A DNA stretch of 48,363 nucleotides from contig CANQSL010000005.1 of NCBI GenBank assembly GCA_947626515.1, forward strand, positions 1-48,363. Reading direction: 5' to 3'. Numbering within the stretch: the first letter of the stretch is position 1; each line of letters begins with the position of its first letter. The notes beneath the pieces were generated by a model. The model saw nothing but the letters and a program-made list of their open reading frames with translations, ran no database searches and was not told the DNA's origin. The position numbers and the translations under genes were made by a program. This stretch comes from an uncultured Bacilli bacterium (lineage in GTDB: Bacteria; Bacillota_I; Bacilli_A; RF39; UBA660). This document shows, in pieces, positions 22,083 through 30,907 of the stretch.

Positions 22083-22812
22083 TTTTAAACATCTCTCTTA
22101 TTAATTTTAATGCTATATCTAATTTATCTTTAGCAGTTATATATTCATTATTTTTATTGATAATAAAGGCAAGATGGTTACCATTTCGAATATTAGATAA
22201 ATCATTAGCTACTACTAAATCACACTTATTTTTATCGCGAAGATTTCTTGCGATTTGGATTAATTCATCTTTAGATACTCCATCTAAAAGTTTGAATCCA
22301 ATTAAATGAGTATCAGGGCTTAATTTTTTAATTATAGAAATTATCTTCGGAGTTCTTTTTAATTTAATTATTAGATCATCTTCATATGAGGATATTTTAT
22401 TAGCTTTAATATTGTCTTTACTATGACAAATTAAATCATAAATATCACCATTTGGATTATTTTTAATATTTTCACTTATCTTAGTAGCTGTTGTAACAAA
22501 GTCAACAGTATAGTCAGAAACAGCCATAGAATGAACAAAATAATCTATTTTTTCACTTTTTAGTAATTTTTCAACAATATTTTTTAAGTCATTAGTATCT
22601 ACTACTTCTATTATTTCAATTTTAGAATTAGTTGGCCTAACTGCATTTTTAGAACAAATATAATAGATTTTTTCAATCTTAGAATCATTTAATTCAATTA
22701 ATTTGCTAGCAATTAAAGACCCTAATTTCCCTGAACTACTATTAGTAATTTTTCGAACATTATCGATTTTTTCACTAGTACCCCCAGCTGTTACAATAAT
22801 TTTATATTTCAT
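22069..22812 (-). CDS. coaB: phosphopantothenate-cysteine ligase (monofunctional)
   Basis: VTAGGTSEKIDNVRKITNSSSGKLG, MAVSDY, KISS, GFKL and VVAND. Confidence 0.92.
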   Translation of the reverse strand: MKYKIIVTAGGTSEKIDNVRKITNSSSGKLGSLIASKLIELNDSKIEKIYYICSKNAVRPTNSKIEIIEVVDTNDLKNIVEKLLKSEKIDYFVHSMAVSDYTVDFVTTATKISENIKNNPNGDIYDLICHSKDNIKANKISSYEDDLIIKLKRTPKIISIIKKLSPDTHLIGFKLLDGVSKDELIQIARNLRDKNKCDLVVANDLSNIRNGNHLAFIINKNNEYITAKDKLDIALKLIREMFKNDKL

Positions 22813-23392
22813 TATGATTACCTCTTTTTCTAGATAAAATTAAATCTTTGTTTTCAAAAAACTGTTTTATATAATTGATAATTGTTTCTTTTTTAGCCAA
22901 TTTGCCAATTGCTTTGTATCCACAAGCCAAATTGCCTTCAATAGGATCAATAAATTTATATCCATAGCTTCTTAATTTTTTTATATTATTTTGAACAATA
23001 CGATTTGTATACATAGCATTATTCATCGCTGGAGCAAACACAACAGAATTTAAAGTTGCCATAATAGTTGTTGATAACATATCATCAGCAATACCATTGG
23101 CAACTTTGCCAATAATATTAGCACTGGCTGGTATAATTATAGTTAAATCAGCTTTTTGAGCAAGACTAATATGTTTTACTTCAACATATTCTTTTTCTTG
23201 AAACATATCAACTACTACTTTATTTTTAGATAAAGTTTCCAATGTTAATGGAGTAATAAAATTAGTAGCGTTTTTTGTCATAATAACATTGACATTTGCC
23301 CCTTCACTTTTTAATATTGAGATTACTTCACAAACTTTATAACAAGCAATTCCTCCTGTTATTCCAATTAAAATATTTTTATCTTTTAACAT
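22802..23392 (-). CDS. coaC: phosphopantothenoylcysteine decarboxylase (HFCD flavoprotein)
   Basis: GITGGIACYK, HISL, PASANIIGK, PAMN and LACG; start at 23392 after the SD. Confidence 0.92.
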   Translation of the reverse strand: MLKDKNILIGITGGIACYKVCEVISILKSEGANVNVIMTKNATNFITPLTLETLSKNKVVVDMFQEKEYVEVKHISLAQKADLTIIIPASANIIGKVANGIADDMLSTTIMATLNSVVFAPAMNNAMYTNRIVQNNIKKLRSYGYKFIDPIEGNLACGYKAIGKLAKKETIINYIKQFFENKDLILSRKRGNHNEI

Positions 23393-23435
23393 ATTATTTC
23401 TTCCTTTCACTTTTCATTTTATTGCAAATTTATTG

Positions 23436-23481
23436 ATAAGTGAAATATATATATGTTATAATGTTCATAAGGAGAGCTTAT
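23436..23481. promoter_or_regulatory. two LysR-type (T-N11-A) boxes in the divergent coaC/lysR region
   Basis: ATAAG-gagag-CTTAT (23467-23481) and ATA-N9-TAT (23436-23450). Confidence 0.6.
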
Positions 23482-23482
23482 A

Positions 23483-24355
23483 ATGAATATAGATTTAGAA
23501 TTATATAGAATTTTTTATGTAGTTGCAAAACATAAACATATGACAAGAGCTAGTGAAGAATTACATATCTCACAACCTGCTATATCTCAGTCAATAAAAA
23601 AATTAGAAGAACAATTAGATGGAACTTTATTTTTAAGAAGTAACAAAGGAATGGAACTTACCGAAGAAGGTAAAATGTTTTATGAATATGTCAAAGGAGC
23701 TTTAGAACTAATTAATAATGCTGAAAATGAATTTACCTCTTTTAAAGATTTAAATAAAGGAGAAATAAAAATTGGTTGTTCAACTACATTAACTAAACTT
23801 GTGTTATTAGATGCAATTGAAAAATTTCATATTGATTATCCAAATATAAATATTAGTATTAATAATGATTTAACTTGTAATTTAATTAATGATTTAAAGC
23901 TTGGTAAATTAGACTTTGTCATATTTAATGAGAGTAATATAAAAGAATCTAATGTAACTTTAAAAAAAATAAAAGAATTAAAACAAGGTTTTATTTATAA
24001 TCCAAAGTTTTTTCAAGATAATATAAAACATTTTAATGATTTAAATAAATATCCATTAATATTACAAAAAGTTGAATCTAATAGTCGTAAATTACTCGAT
24101 GATATTGCTTTAAATAAAAACGTAAAACTAATTCCTAAAATGGAAGTTGTAAGTCAAGAATTAATAACAGAATTTACTAATATTGGTTTAGGAATTGGTT
24201 TTGTAATTATTGATTTAGCTAAAAGAAATTTTACATATCTAAAGGAACTAGAAATAAATAAGGAAATTCCTAATATCAATGTCTATTTAGCTACGAATAA
24301 AAATATATATCTAACTTTTGCTAGCAAAACTTTTATAAATTATTTAAAAATCTAA
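23483..24355 (+). CDS. LysR family transcriptional regulator
   Basis: ASEELHISQPAISQSIKKLE...LTEEG HTH; divergent from coaC. Confidence 0.95.
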   Translation: MNIDLELYRIFYVVAKHKHMTRASEELHISQPAISQSIKKLEEQLDGTLFLRSNKGMELTEEGKMFYEYVKGALELINNAENEFTSFKDLNKGEIKIGCSTTLTKLVLLDAIEKFHIDYPNINISINNDLTCNLINDLKLGKLDFVIFNESNIKESNVTLKKIKELKQGFIYNPKFFQDNIKHFNDLNKYPLILQKVESNSRKLLDDIALNKNVKLIPKMEVVSQELITEFTNIGLGIGFVIIDLAKRNFTYLKELEINKEIPNINVYLATNKNIYLTFASKTFINYLKI

Positions 24356-24495
24356 CATTATCATTAATATATTTCTTAAAATACAAAAGTTCTTTACACA
24401 AATTTGACATTATGACCTATTTATGATACAATTTGACTAATAACGAGGAAGATTATAAATCAAATAGTTTTTATTAGTTTAAGGGGGAAATATAA

Positions 24496-25392
24496 ATGAA
24501 ACTTATAGAAAATGATTATAAAATAAAAAATCCTAAAATTACTGATAATATTAAATTAATTTCTATTACTGATATCCATAGTAATTATTATATCTTAGAT
24601 ATAATAAAAGAATTAATAAGTATAAATCCTGATTTAGTAATTGTTTCTGGAGATACAATAGATTCTATAGATAATCTTAATAATGATTTAATATTAGAAG
24701 CTTTTAAATATTTATCAAGTAATATTCCTACTTTCATATCATATGGTAATCATGATACAATAACATTTATCAATCATAAAGAAATTGATACACATAATGA
24801 AGAATTTTTTGATAAATTAAAAATACAAACTAATAGTATTATTCTTAATAATAGTTCTGAGCAATTTAAAAATTTAATTATAAAATCTTTTAATTTGCCT
24901 ACCGATAGTTGGTATGAAATTGGCGAGCCAAAAAACATGTTTATTGAAGAATTTACTAAAAATTATAAACCAGATAATTCTAAATATACAATATTATCAA
25001 GTCATTCTCCAAATGGATATTTAAATAAAAAAGGTAAAATAAATGAAGAATTACGTAAATTATTATCAGATACATTAATATTATCTGGTCATAATCATGG
25101 AGGATTAGTACCTAAACAAATTCAAAATTTGTTAAAAAATACTCCTATCAATGGTATAAGTTTAATTGGTCCATATTATAAATTATTTTTTAAAAATGCA
25201 TATGGATATTATAATACAGATAATACAAACTTAATTATATCTAATGGTATAACAAAATGGGCTGATCGTTATGGTGTTTTAGGAAAATTAGTAAATAAAA
25301 TTTTAATTCCAGAAATAGAAATTATAAATTTAGAAAATGGAGAAAATGACTTAAAATATAATGGATATAAAGTTAAAAAATTAATGAAATAA
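24496..25392 (+). CDS. calcineurin-like metallophosphoesterase
   Basis: TDIH, GDTID, GNHD, SHSP and SGHNHGG. Confidence 0.92.
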   Translation: MKLIENDYKIKNPKITDNIKLISITDIHSNYYILDIIKELISINPDLVIVSGDTIDSIDNLNNDLILEAFKYLSSNIPTFISYGNHDTITFINHKEIDTHNEEFFDKLKIQTNSIILNNSSEQFKNLIIKSFNLPTDSWYEIGEPKNMFIEEFTKNYKPDNSKYTILSSHSPNGYLNKKGKINEELRKLLSDTLILSGHNHGGLVPKQIQNLLKNTPINGISLIGPYYKLFFKNAYGYYNTDNTNLIISNGITKWADRYGVLGKLVNKILIPEIEIINLENGENDLKYNGYKVKKLMK

Positions 25393-25423
25393 ATTATCAT
25401 TATTAAAAAATATAGGGAAAAAG

Positions 25424-26080
25424 ATGCTTATGAAAAAACAAGTCAAAAATGCAAAAGTATATCATCCTAAGTGGAGTGATGATGGTCAAGAATGTAATTT
25501 TATCCCCCCAAAAATGAAAAAAATAATTATAGGTACAATGCCTCCTAAAAAGCTTTGCGTTAATAAAAAAGGAATAAAAATTTATAGTAATACTCATAAA
25601 AAGAATAATGTTGATTTTTTCTATGGTTCTACAAAAAATAAATTATGGAAAAAATTAAGTGAAATTTCTGGCAATGATAACATTGTTGATAATACAAAAA
25701 ACTTAGTCGATATAAGAAAAAATTTTTCCAAAAAATATCATATAGGATTTGCTGATGTTATTCAAAGTTGTATTCATAATAATAATTCATCATATGATTT
25801 AAACTTATTGAGTATTGAGCCTAATAAAACATTAATAAAAATATTAAAAGAATATCCAGATGTTAAAATTTTTTGTACTAGCAAAAATACTTTAAATTTA
25901 TTAAAAATATATTTTGTCAAAGAAATAAAAGAAAAAGAAAAAGATATTTATGAAGTTAAATTTAGAGGAATTAATCATTATTTTGAGATTTATACAATGA
26001 TAGCAGCAAGTGGAAGAGCAAAAAAAGATGATAAATACAACAATAAATTAAAAAAATTGTTATTAAATAAAGGAGAATAA
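25424..26080 (+). CDS. uracil-DNA glycosylase superfamily protein (MUG/HDG-like)
   Basis: IIGTMPP, FFYGSTKNKLW, IGFADVI...SSYD and AASG (usually PSPS). Confidence 0.7.
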   Translation: MLMKKQVKNAKVYHPKWSDDGQECNFIPPKMKKIIIGTMPPKKLCVNKKGIKIYSNTHKKNNVDFFYGSTKNKLWKKLSEISGNDNIVDNTKNLVDIRKNFSKKYHIGFADVIQSCIHNNNSSYDLNLLSIEPNKTLIKILKEYPDVKIFCTSKNTLNLLKIYFVKEIKEKEKDIYEVKFRGINHYFEIYTMIAASGRAKKDDKYNNKLKKLLLNKGE

Positions 26081-26137
26081 TTATGGAAAAAGAAAAATTA
26101 ATAATCATCTACTTTCATTAATAAAATTGGTAAAAAA

Positions 26138-26335
26138 TCAAAATTTCTTTTCATATATAAACGCTTGCTCTTTTGTAATATTTCCAAATTTTCTATACTA
26201 TTTATTTTCTACAATAGTTTCAAAAATTTTTTTACAGTTAACACTTTCGTATACCTTATAACTACAAGATTCATCGGTTAAGATTTGTAAATTTTTTATT
26301 TTATCATTTTTAGCTAATTCAAATATTTCTTCCAC
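26138..26335 (-). pseudogene. 3' fragment of a GNAT acetyltransferase paralogous to 36886-37488
   Basis: Translates EEIFELAKNDKIKNLQILTDESCSYKVYESVNCKKIFETIVENK*YRKFGNITKEQAFIYEKKF*, with an internal TAG at 26198-26200. Confidence 0.85.
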
Positions 26336-26360
26336 TTAAATCTTACTATTTTAATTTCTT

Positions 26361-29300
26361 TTAATTGTTTTTGAAATCTATTAATTCAAAATCATTTTTA
26401 CTTATACTATAAGCAGATTTATCTGTTATAATTGTTGAATCTAAGAAGAATTTTACATCTACAGAGTATTTTTTGTTTAACTCGTCGATATAGTCTGTTA
26501 ATGGTTTGCTTGCTTCTGGAATAGATATTTTTATTTTTTGAAGCAAAGGATATTTTTTTTGAAGATTTTTTAAATCATTTTTTGTATTAGGACCTTGAAC
26601 ATAATAGTAATAAAATTTTAGTAACTCTTCACTTGTTTTTCTATGATCATCATTTGTATACCCTATAATCGTCCAAAAATGAATTTTATCAATCTCTTTA
26701 ATCTTCTTAGGATCCGTTTCTTCATCAAGGGCACAACGTCGATAATTTAGGTATTCTCGAAGAGACTTTAAGAATTCTTTTTTTGTCTTTCCTTGGCTTA
26801 ATAATTCGTGAATATCAGATAAGTGCTTATGTACGCCATTGTCACCACCTATCACGGATTCATTTACTTTTAATTCGATTAAGTATAAATCGGCTGTCTT
26901 CTCTTTTATACCAAAAAATATAGCATCAATTCTTCCTTTTTTATTTAAAATAAAATACTCTTGTTCAAAAGGATAAATTATTTGATTTTTAGATTCTTCG
27001 TTAGCTTTTTGTATTTTAAATTTAATTTCATCTTGAATCATAAATTGAAATTGATATATTTTTTCAACTTCTTCTTTGACAAGCTCAGTATATTTATCGA
27101 CTTTATCTTTCATTTTTGTAGTTATATTGTCTATATCATTAAAGCTTTCAAAATCTTTTATAGCGAATGATTTACCCTTTACAGTTTTAAAATCGGGTTT
27201 TGATATTTGATGAGCATTTAAATCTTTATCATATATTCTACTTCGAATTATTTCATACTCAATATTAGCAAGAGCTTGGATTTCAGTTTCAGTAAGCTTT
27301 TCTTTTTTACTTGAGTCAAAATTTATATGGTATATAATATAATCCTTAATTTCAATATATTCTTCTTTAAATTCTTCTGGATATTTATCTTTAATTGCCT
27401 TATTATCAACAAAATTTTCATCATCGCACAAGATATTTTGAATAGTTTCCTTTATTTCAGGTTGTTCACTAGATAATAAAGTATAAGAAAGAATATATTC
27501 TTTATTCCCATAATTTCTTCTTTTTTCTTGTTCTTCTTGTAAACGTTTCGTTAAGTTTTCTTCACTTAATTCTCCATAGTATGTATTGATATGTAATTTA
27601 GCATTTAGGTTCTTATCTCTTAAATTTTTTTCTAATGTTTCTTTTCGAGCTTGGGCAAAATTAAATAACATATTATCTAATTCTTTTTTTAAATCAGAAG
27701 ATAATTTATCACGTTTTTTTAACTTATACTCTTTACGATATTCAATATCGACTTTAAGAATTTGATGATTTTCCAAATGATTTAATATTTTATTAAGTCC
27801 AGCATGCTCTAGTTTAGATAAGTTTTCCTTGTATTTTCTTTCAATTTTAATACTACAATCTTCTTTATTGACTTTTAAAAGACCCTCTTCAAACATTTCT
27901 TGACGCATTTCTTTTATGTTATTTAAAATTTTTTCTTTTACTTCTTCTTCAAGATTCTTATTTAAGGAAGCGTCTTCTTCAACTGATTTAATCACCTTAT
28001 CTATAGAAGCTTTATTAAACTGAACAACATCATCGCTTACTTTTAAAGATTCCGGTTTTATTTCTAATACTTTTATTCCTTTGTAGTAAAGAATATCTCC
28101 TTTTTCACGAATTCTAATGACAAATTCTCTGTTTCCTTCTTCATCTTTTTTATTGGCAAAATATTTTCTTATTCCTTTTTGATTTTTCCATTCTAAATTT
28201 TCTTCCATACTTTTTTGTTTCCTTTCTACTACTAAAGTTTCACCATCGTCTATAGTGCATAAATTTTTCCCAAAAATCTTTTTTGCAATCTTATGGGATT
28301 CTTCTTTATTTTCTGTATGAATTACAATTACTTTATCAGGTTTTGTTATTTCACTTAATTTTTGCATCGCTTCTATGTCAGCATGACCAGAAGTATGAAT
28401 GAAGTAAGGTTTCATTTTCAATTCTTTCGTTAGATAATTATAAAAATCACGTAATTTAGAATCTTTCCAATCATCTTCTATATATCCGTCCCACATAGAG
28501 TATACTAAACAAGCATTCTTTATATGCTCACTATTTTTTCTAATATAACTTTCTGATGATTGTTTTAAGGATATAGCAAACTTTTGGTCCCATGGTAAAT
28601 CATAAATTATATTTTTAGCGTGATTAATATATCTTTGATGGGGTTCTTTTTTATTCTGATGGGGATTTACAAAAGTTTTAATATCAAGAAAAGTATTAGA
28701 GTTAGGAATATTTGGTAACTTTGATGTAATAGCATTCATGCATAAGTCTTCAATTAAGACATGACTATCTTTGACGGCTTTATAAATAGTAACAATTCTA
28801 TCAATGTTAGTACTAGAACACATAAAATATATTTGGTCATATTTTAAAGTTTCCTTAAAATCTTCTATTAAATATTTTTCGAACTTAGATTTACCTTTTT
28901 TTCTCGTTAATGTAGTTCCTTCTGTTATCAACAAATCAATTTTACCAATCTTTTTTAAGACTTGTTCAAAAAGAATTCCTTTTCTTCCATGATTACGATA
29001 ATCACCAGTATGTAAGACTTTTAAGTTATCTACTTCAATTAAAAACATAGCGGAATTATAACAAGAGTGATCAACAATATAAGGAGTAATAGTAATATCT
29101 TTTACATAGTATTTTTTTTCAAACTCAAAGAAATGAATATCAGGATTTTTTTCAGGTCGAATTTTTTTCTCATATTCATCGATAAATTCGCAGAGAACGT
29201 TATGAATCTCCATTCCCTTTTCTTCTAAATAAATAGGAACTCCCTTTTTTATTTTACTGACACAACCGATATGGTCACCATGAGAATGGGTAATGAAAAC

Positions 29301-29471
29301 CCCATCATAAGTAATATTTGGAGAATCATCTGTAAGTCCTTCAATTGACGTTTGCTCAGTATTATCGAGATTTTCTCCATAATCAATAATAATTTTTGTG
29401 CCCTTACTACTTTTTATTTCGGTAATACAGCCACCTATTTGGTTCGTTCCTTTTATAATCCTTACTTCCAC
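26361..29471 (-). CDS. RNase J-like MBL/beta-CASP hydrolase fused to a C-terminal PD-(D/E)XK nuclease-like domain
   Basis: THSHGDH, VDHS, HTGD, LITEGT, HTSGHA and VIH in aa 1-420; EQEY...RIDAIF...LIELK near the C-terminus; GTG start after AAGGAGG. Confidence 0.85.
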   Translation of the reverse strand: MEVRIIKGTNQIGGCITEIKSSKGTKIIIDYGENLDNTEQTSIEGLTDDSPNITYDGVFITHSHGDHIGCVSKIKKGVPIYLEEKGMEIHNVLCEFIDEYEKKIRPEKNPDIHFFEFEKKYYVKDITITPYIVDHSCYNSAMFLIEVDNLKVLHTGDYRNHGRKGILFEQVLKKIGKIDLLITEGTTLTRKKGKSKFEKYLIEDFKETLKYDQIYFMCSSTNIDRIVTIYKAVKDSHVLIEDLCMNAITSKLPNIPNSNTFLDIKTFVNPHQNKKEPHQRYINHAKNIIYDLPWDQKFAISLKQSSESYIRKNSEHIKNACLVYSMWDGYIEDDWKDSKLRDFYNYLTKELKMKPYFIHTSGHADIEAMQKLSEITKPDKVIVIHTENKEESHKIAKKIFGKNLCTIDDGETLVVERKQKSMEENLEWKNQKGIRKYFANKKDEEGNREFVIRIREKGDILYYKGIKVLEIKPESLKVSDDVVQFNKASIDKVIKSVEEDASLNKNLEEEVKEKILNNIKEMRQEMFEEGLLKVNKEDCSIKIERKYKENLSKLEHAGLNKILNHLENHQILKVDIEYRKEYKLKKRDKLSSDLKKELDNMLFNFAQARKETLEKNLRDKNLNAKLHINTYYGELSEENLTKRLQEEQEKRRNYGNKEYILSYTLLSSEQPEIKETIQNILCDDENFVDNKAIKDKYPEEFKEEYIEIKDYIIYHINFDSSKKEKLTETEIQALANIEYEIIRSRIYDKDLNAHQISKPDFKTVKGKSFAIKDFESFNDIDNITTKMKDKVDKYTELVKEEVEKIYQFQFMIQDEIKFKIQKANEESKNQIIYPFEQEYFILNKKGRIDAIFFGIKEKTADLYLIELKVNESVIGGDNGVHKHLSDIHELLSQGKTKKEFLKSLREYLNYRRCALDEETDPKKIKEIDKIHFWTIIGYTNDDHRKTSEELLKFYYYYVQGPNTKNDLKNLQKKYPLLQKIKISIPEASKPLTDYIDELNKKYSVDVKFFLDSTIITDKSAYSISKNDFELIDFKNN

Positions 29472-29473
29472 TT

Positions 29474-30208
29474 TTATATTTCCTCCTTAATAGAATGACT
29501 ATCGTAATTTACTTTATAACTCTTTATTGAAGTTACACCATTTTCAGCATTGTGTTCTAAAATAGTTAATATATTTTTATCTTCTCTTTTAGATAATAAA
29601 TATTTATTAGTATATTTACAAATTGTTTCATATTCCACAATGTCATTTAATTCAAGATTTTGAGTATTTGTATATTTAGCTTCTGCAATTAAAATTATTT
29701 GAACTTTACTTTTTTTCGCAAAATTAAAAAGTTTTTTAAGTACTATTTTTTTATTATAATTAGTCTTCTTTAAAAGAGCATCCAAAGTATTTATAATATA
29801 AATATCTCTTGCTTTTTTATTAACATCCTGATGATAGTCTAGCAAATAGTCTAAATAATCTTTAGAAATTATTTGTTTAATAAAATCCACCATTATTATA
29901 TCATGTTCCTGTAATAATTTTATAGCATAATCCAATCGTTTTATATCTAAGGAATCTTTATAAAGCTTACCTACTACTTCACAAGGATTAAAATAAGCTT
30001 CGACTTCATATTTATCAATTTGAGATATACTAGCGATTAAATTTTCTGTGAACCAATGGTTATTTCCATCAAAGTTAAAAATTTGTATACTTTTTTTATC
30101 ATTTATTCCATAATCACTAATAATTTTATAAATTAATTCCATTTTACCATTTAAAGGTTCTGATGCAACGACTGTTAAAGGTGTATAAATTTCTTTTAAT
30201 TCATTCAT
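29474..30208 (-). CDS. degenerate DnaB-like helicase C-terminal (RecA-fold) domain protein
   Basis: VVASEPLNGKM corresponds to IVAARPSMGKT; LFNFAKKSKVQIILIAE to LKxLARELxVPVIALSQ; LNDIVEYETICKYTNKYLLSKRE to LSDLRESGSIEQDADxVxFLYRD. Confidence 0.7.
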   Translation of the reverse strand: MNELKEIYTPLTVVASEPLNGKMELIYKIISDYGINDKKSIQIFNFDGNNHWFTENLIASISQIDKYEVEAYFNPCEVVGKLYKDSLDIKRLDYAIKLLQEHDIIMVDFIKQIISKDYLDYLLDYHQDVNKKARDIYIINTLDALLKKTNYNKKIVLKKLFNFAKKSKVQIILIAEAKYTNTQNLELNDIVEYETICKYTNKYLLSKREDKNILTILEHNAENGVTSIKSYKVNYDSHSIKEEI

Positions 30209-30210
30209 TT

Positions 30211-30900
30211 TTAAAACTCCTTTGCATTTTTATCAATTAAATCAAAAATTTCAGCATCATTAATAGTATCATCATTATATTCTGTTATTACTTTATAATA
30301 TTTCTTTATAAATTTTTTTAAAAGCATCATATCTTCTTCTTTTATATTAATTTTTCTATTCACTAATACTTGAGGATTATCTTTATCAACACTCATCATA
30401 ATCATATTATTATAATTAAGTTTCCCACAATCATTTTGAAAAAATAATATATTATCTCTATCAAGTGTATAGGAACAATAGAAAACTAAATTCATGGGTA
30501 AACCTGATTTTCTTTTACTTAAACTAGTACAGCCAAAATGATCATTTGTTTCATCAAAAAATATTTGTTTTGCTTCAAATTCTGGTATATCAGCATTCCA
30601 ATAATCTAATAATAATTTTTGATGTATTTTTACATATTCAATCACATTTTTAATATACAATTTATCATTTTTATTAATTTTTTTTAATTCTTCTAAAATT
30701 TTAATACTTTCTATATCAACTGTTAGAAATTTTTCTTGTTCCCAAATTTTAAATTTTATTTGTGGAATAAATCCTTTTAATTTTTCTTTTCCATTATAAA
30801 CTAAATATAAAACTATATTCATATATCTATCATTCTCAAACGATATGGTGGCTTTAAATAATTTGTTTGTCTTTTCTTCTTTTAATTTCATTTTTATCAT
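30211..30900 (-). CDS. hypothetical protein with two DUF4160-like repeats
   Basis: Two units, each ending in a helix of the type V..YVK.H..LL.DYWN / LKKFIKKY...I..Y; the second begins LSKRKSGLPMNL. Confidence 0.5.
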   Translation of the reverse strand: MIKMKLKEEKTNKLFKATISFENDRYMNIVLYLVYNGKEKLKGFIPQIKFKIWEQEKFLTVDIESIKILEELKKINKNDKLYIKNVIEYVKIHQKLLLDYWNADIPEFEAKQIFFDETNDHFGCTSLSKRKSGLPMNLVFYCSYTLDRDNILFFQNDCGKLNYNNMIMMSVDKDNPQVLVNRKINIKEEDMMLLKKFIKKYYKVITEYNDDTINDAEIFDLIDKNAKEF

Positions 30901-30907
30901 CCCATAA

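Noticed and set aside
26083-26121. Short ORF MEKEKLIIIYFH after the UDG-like gene, with a good SD
   Set aside because: Only 12 codons, abutting the GNAT remnant; probably the stub of a truncated gene with no assignable function.
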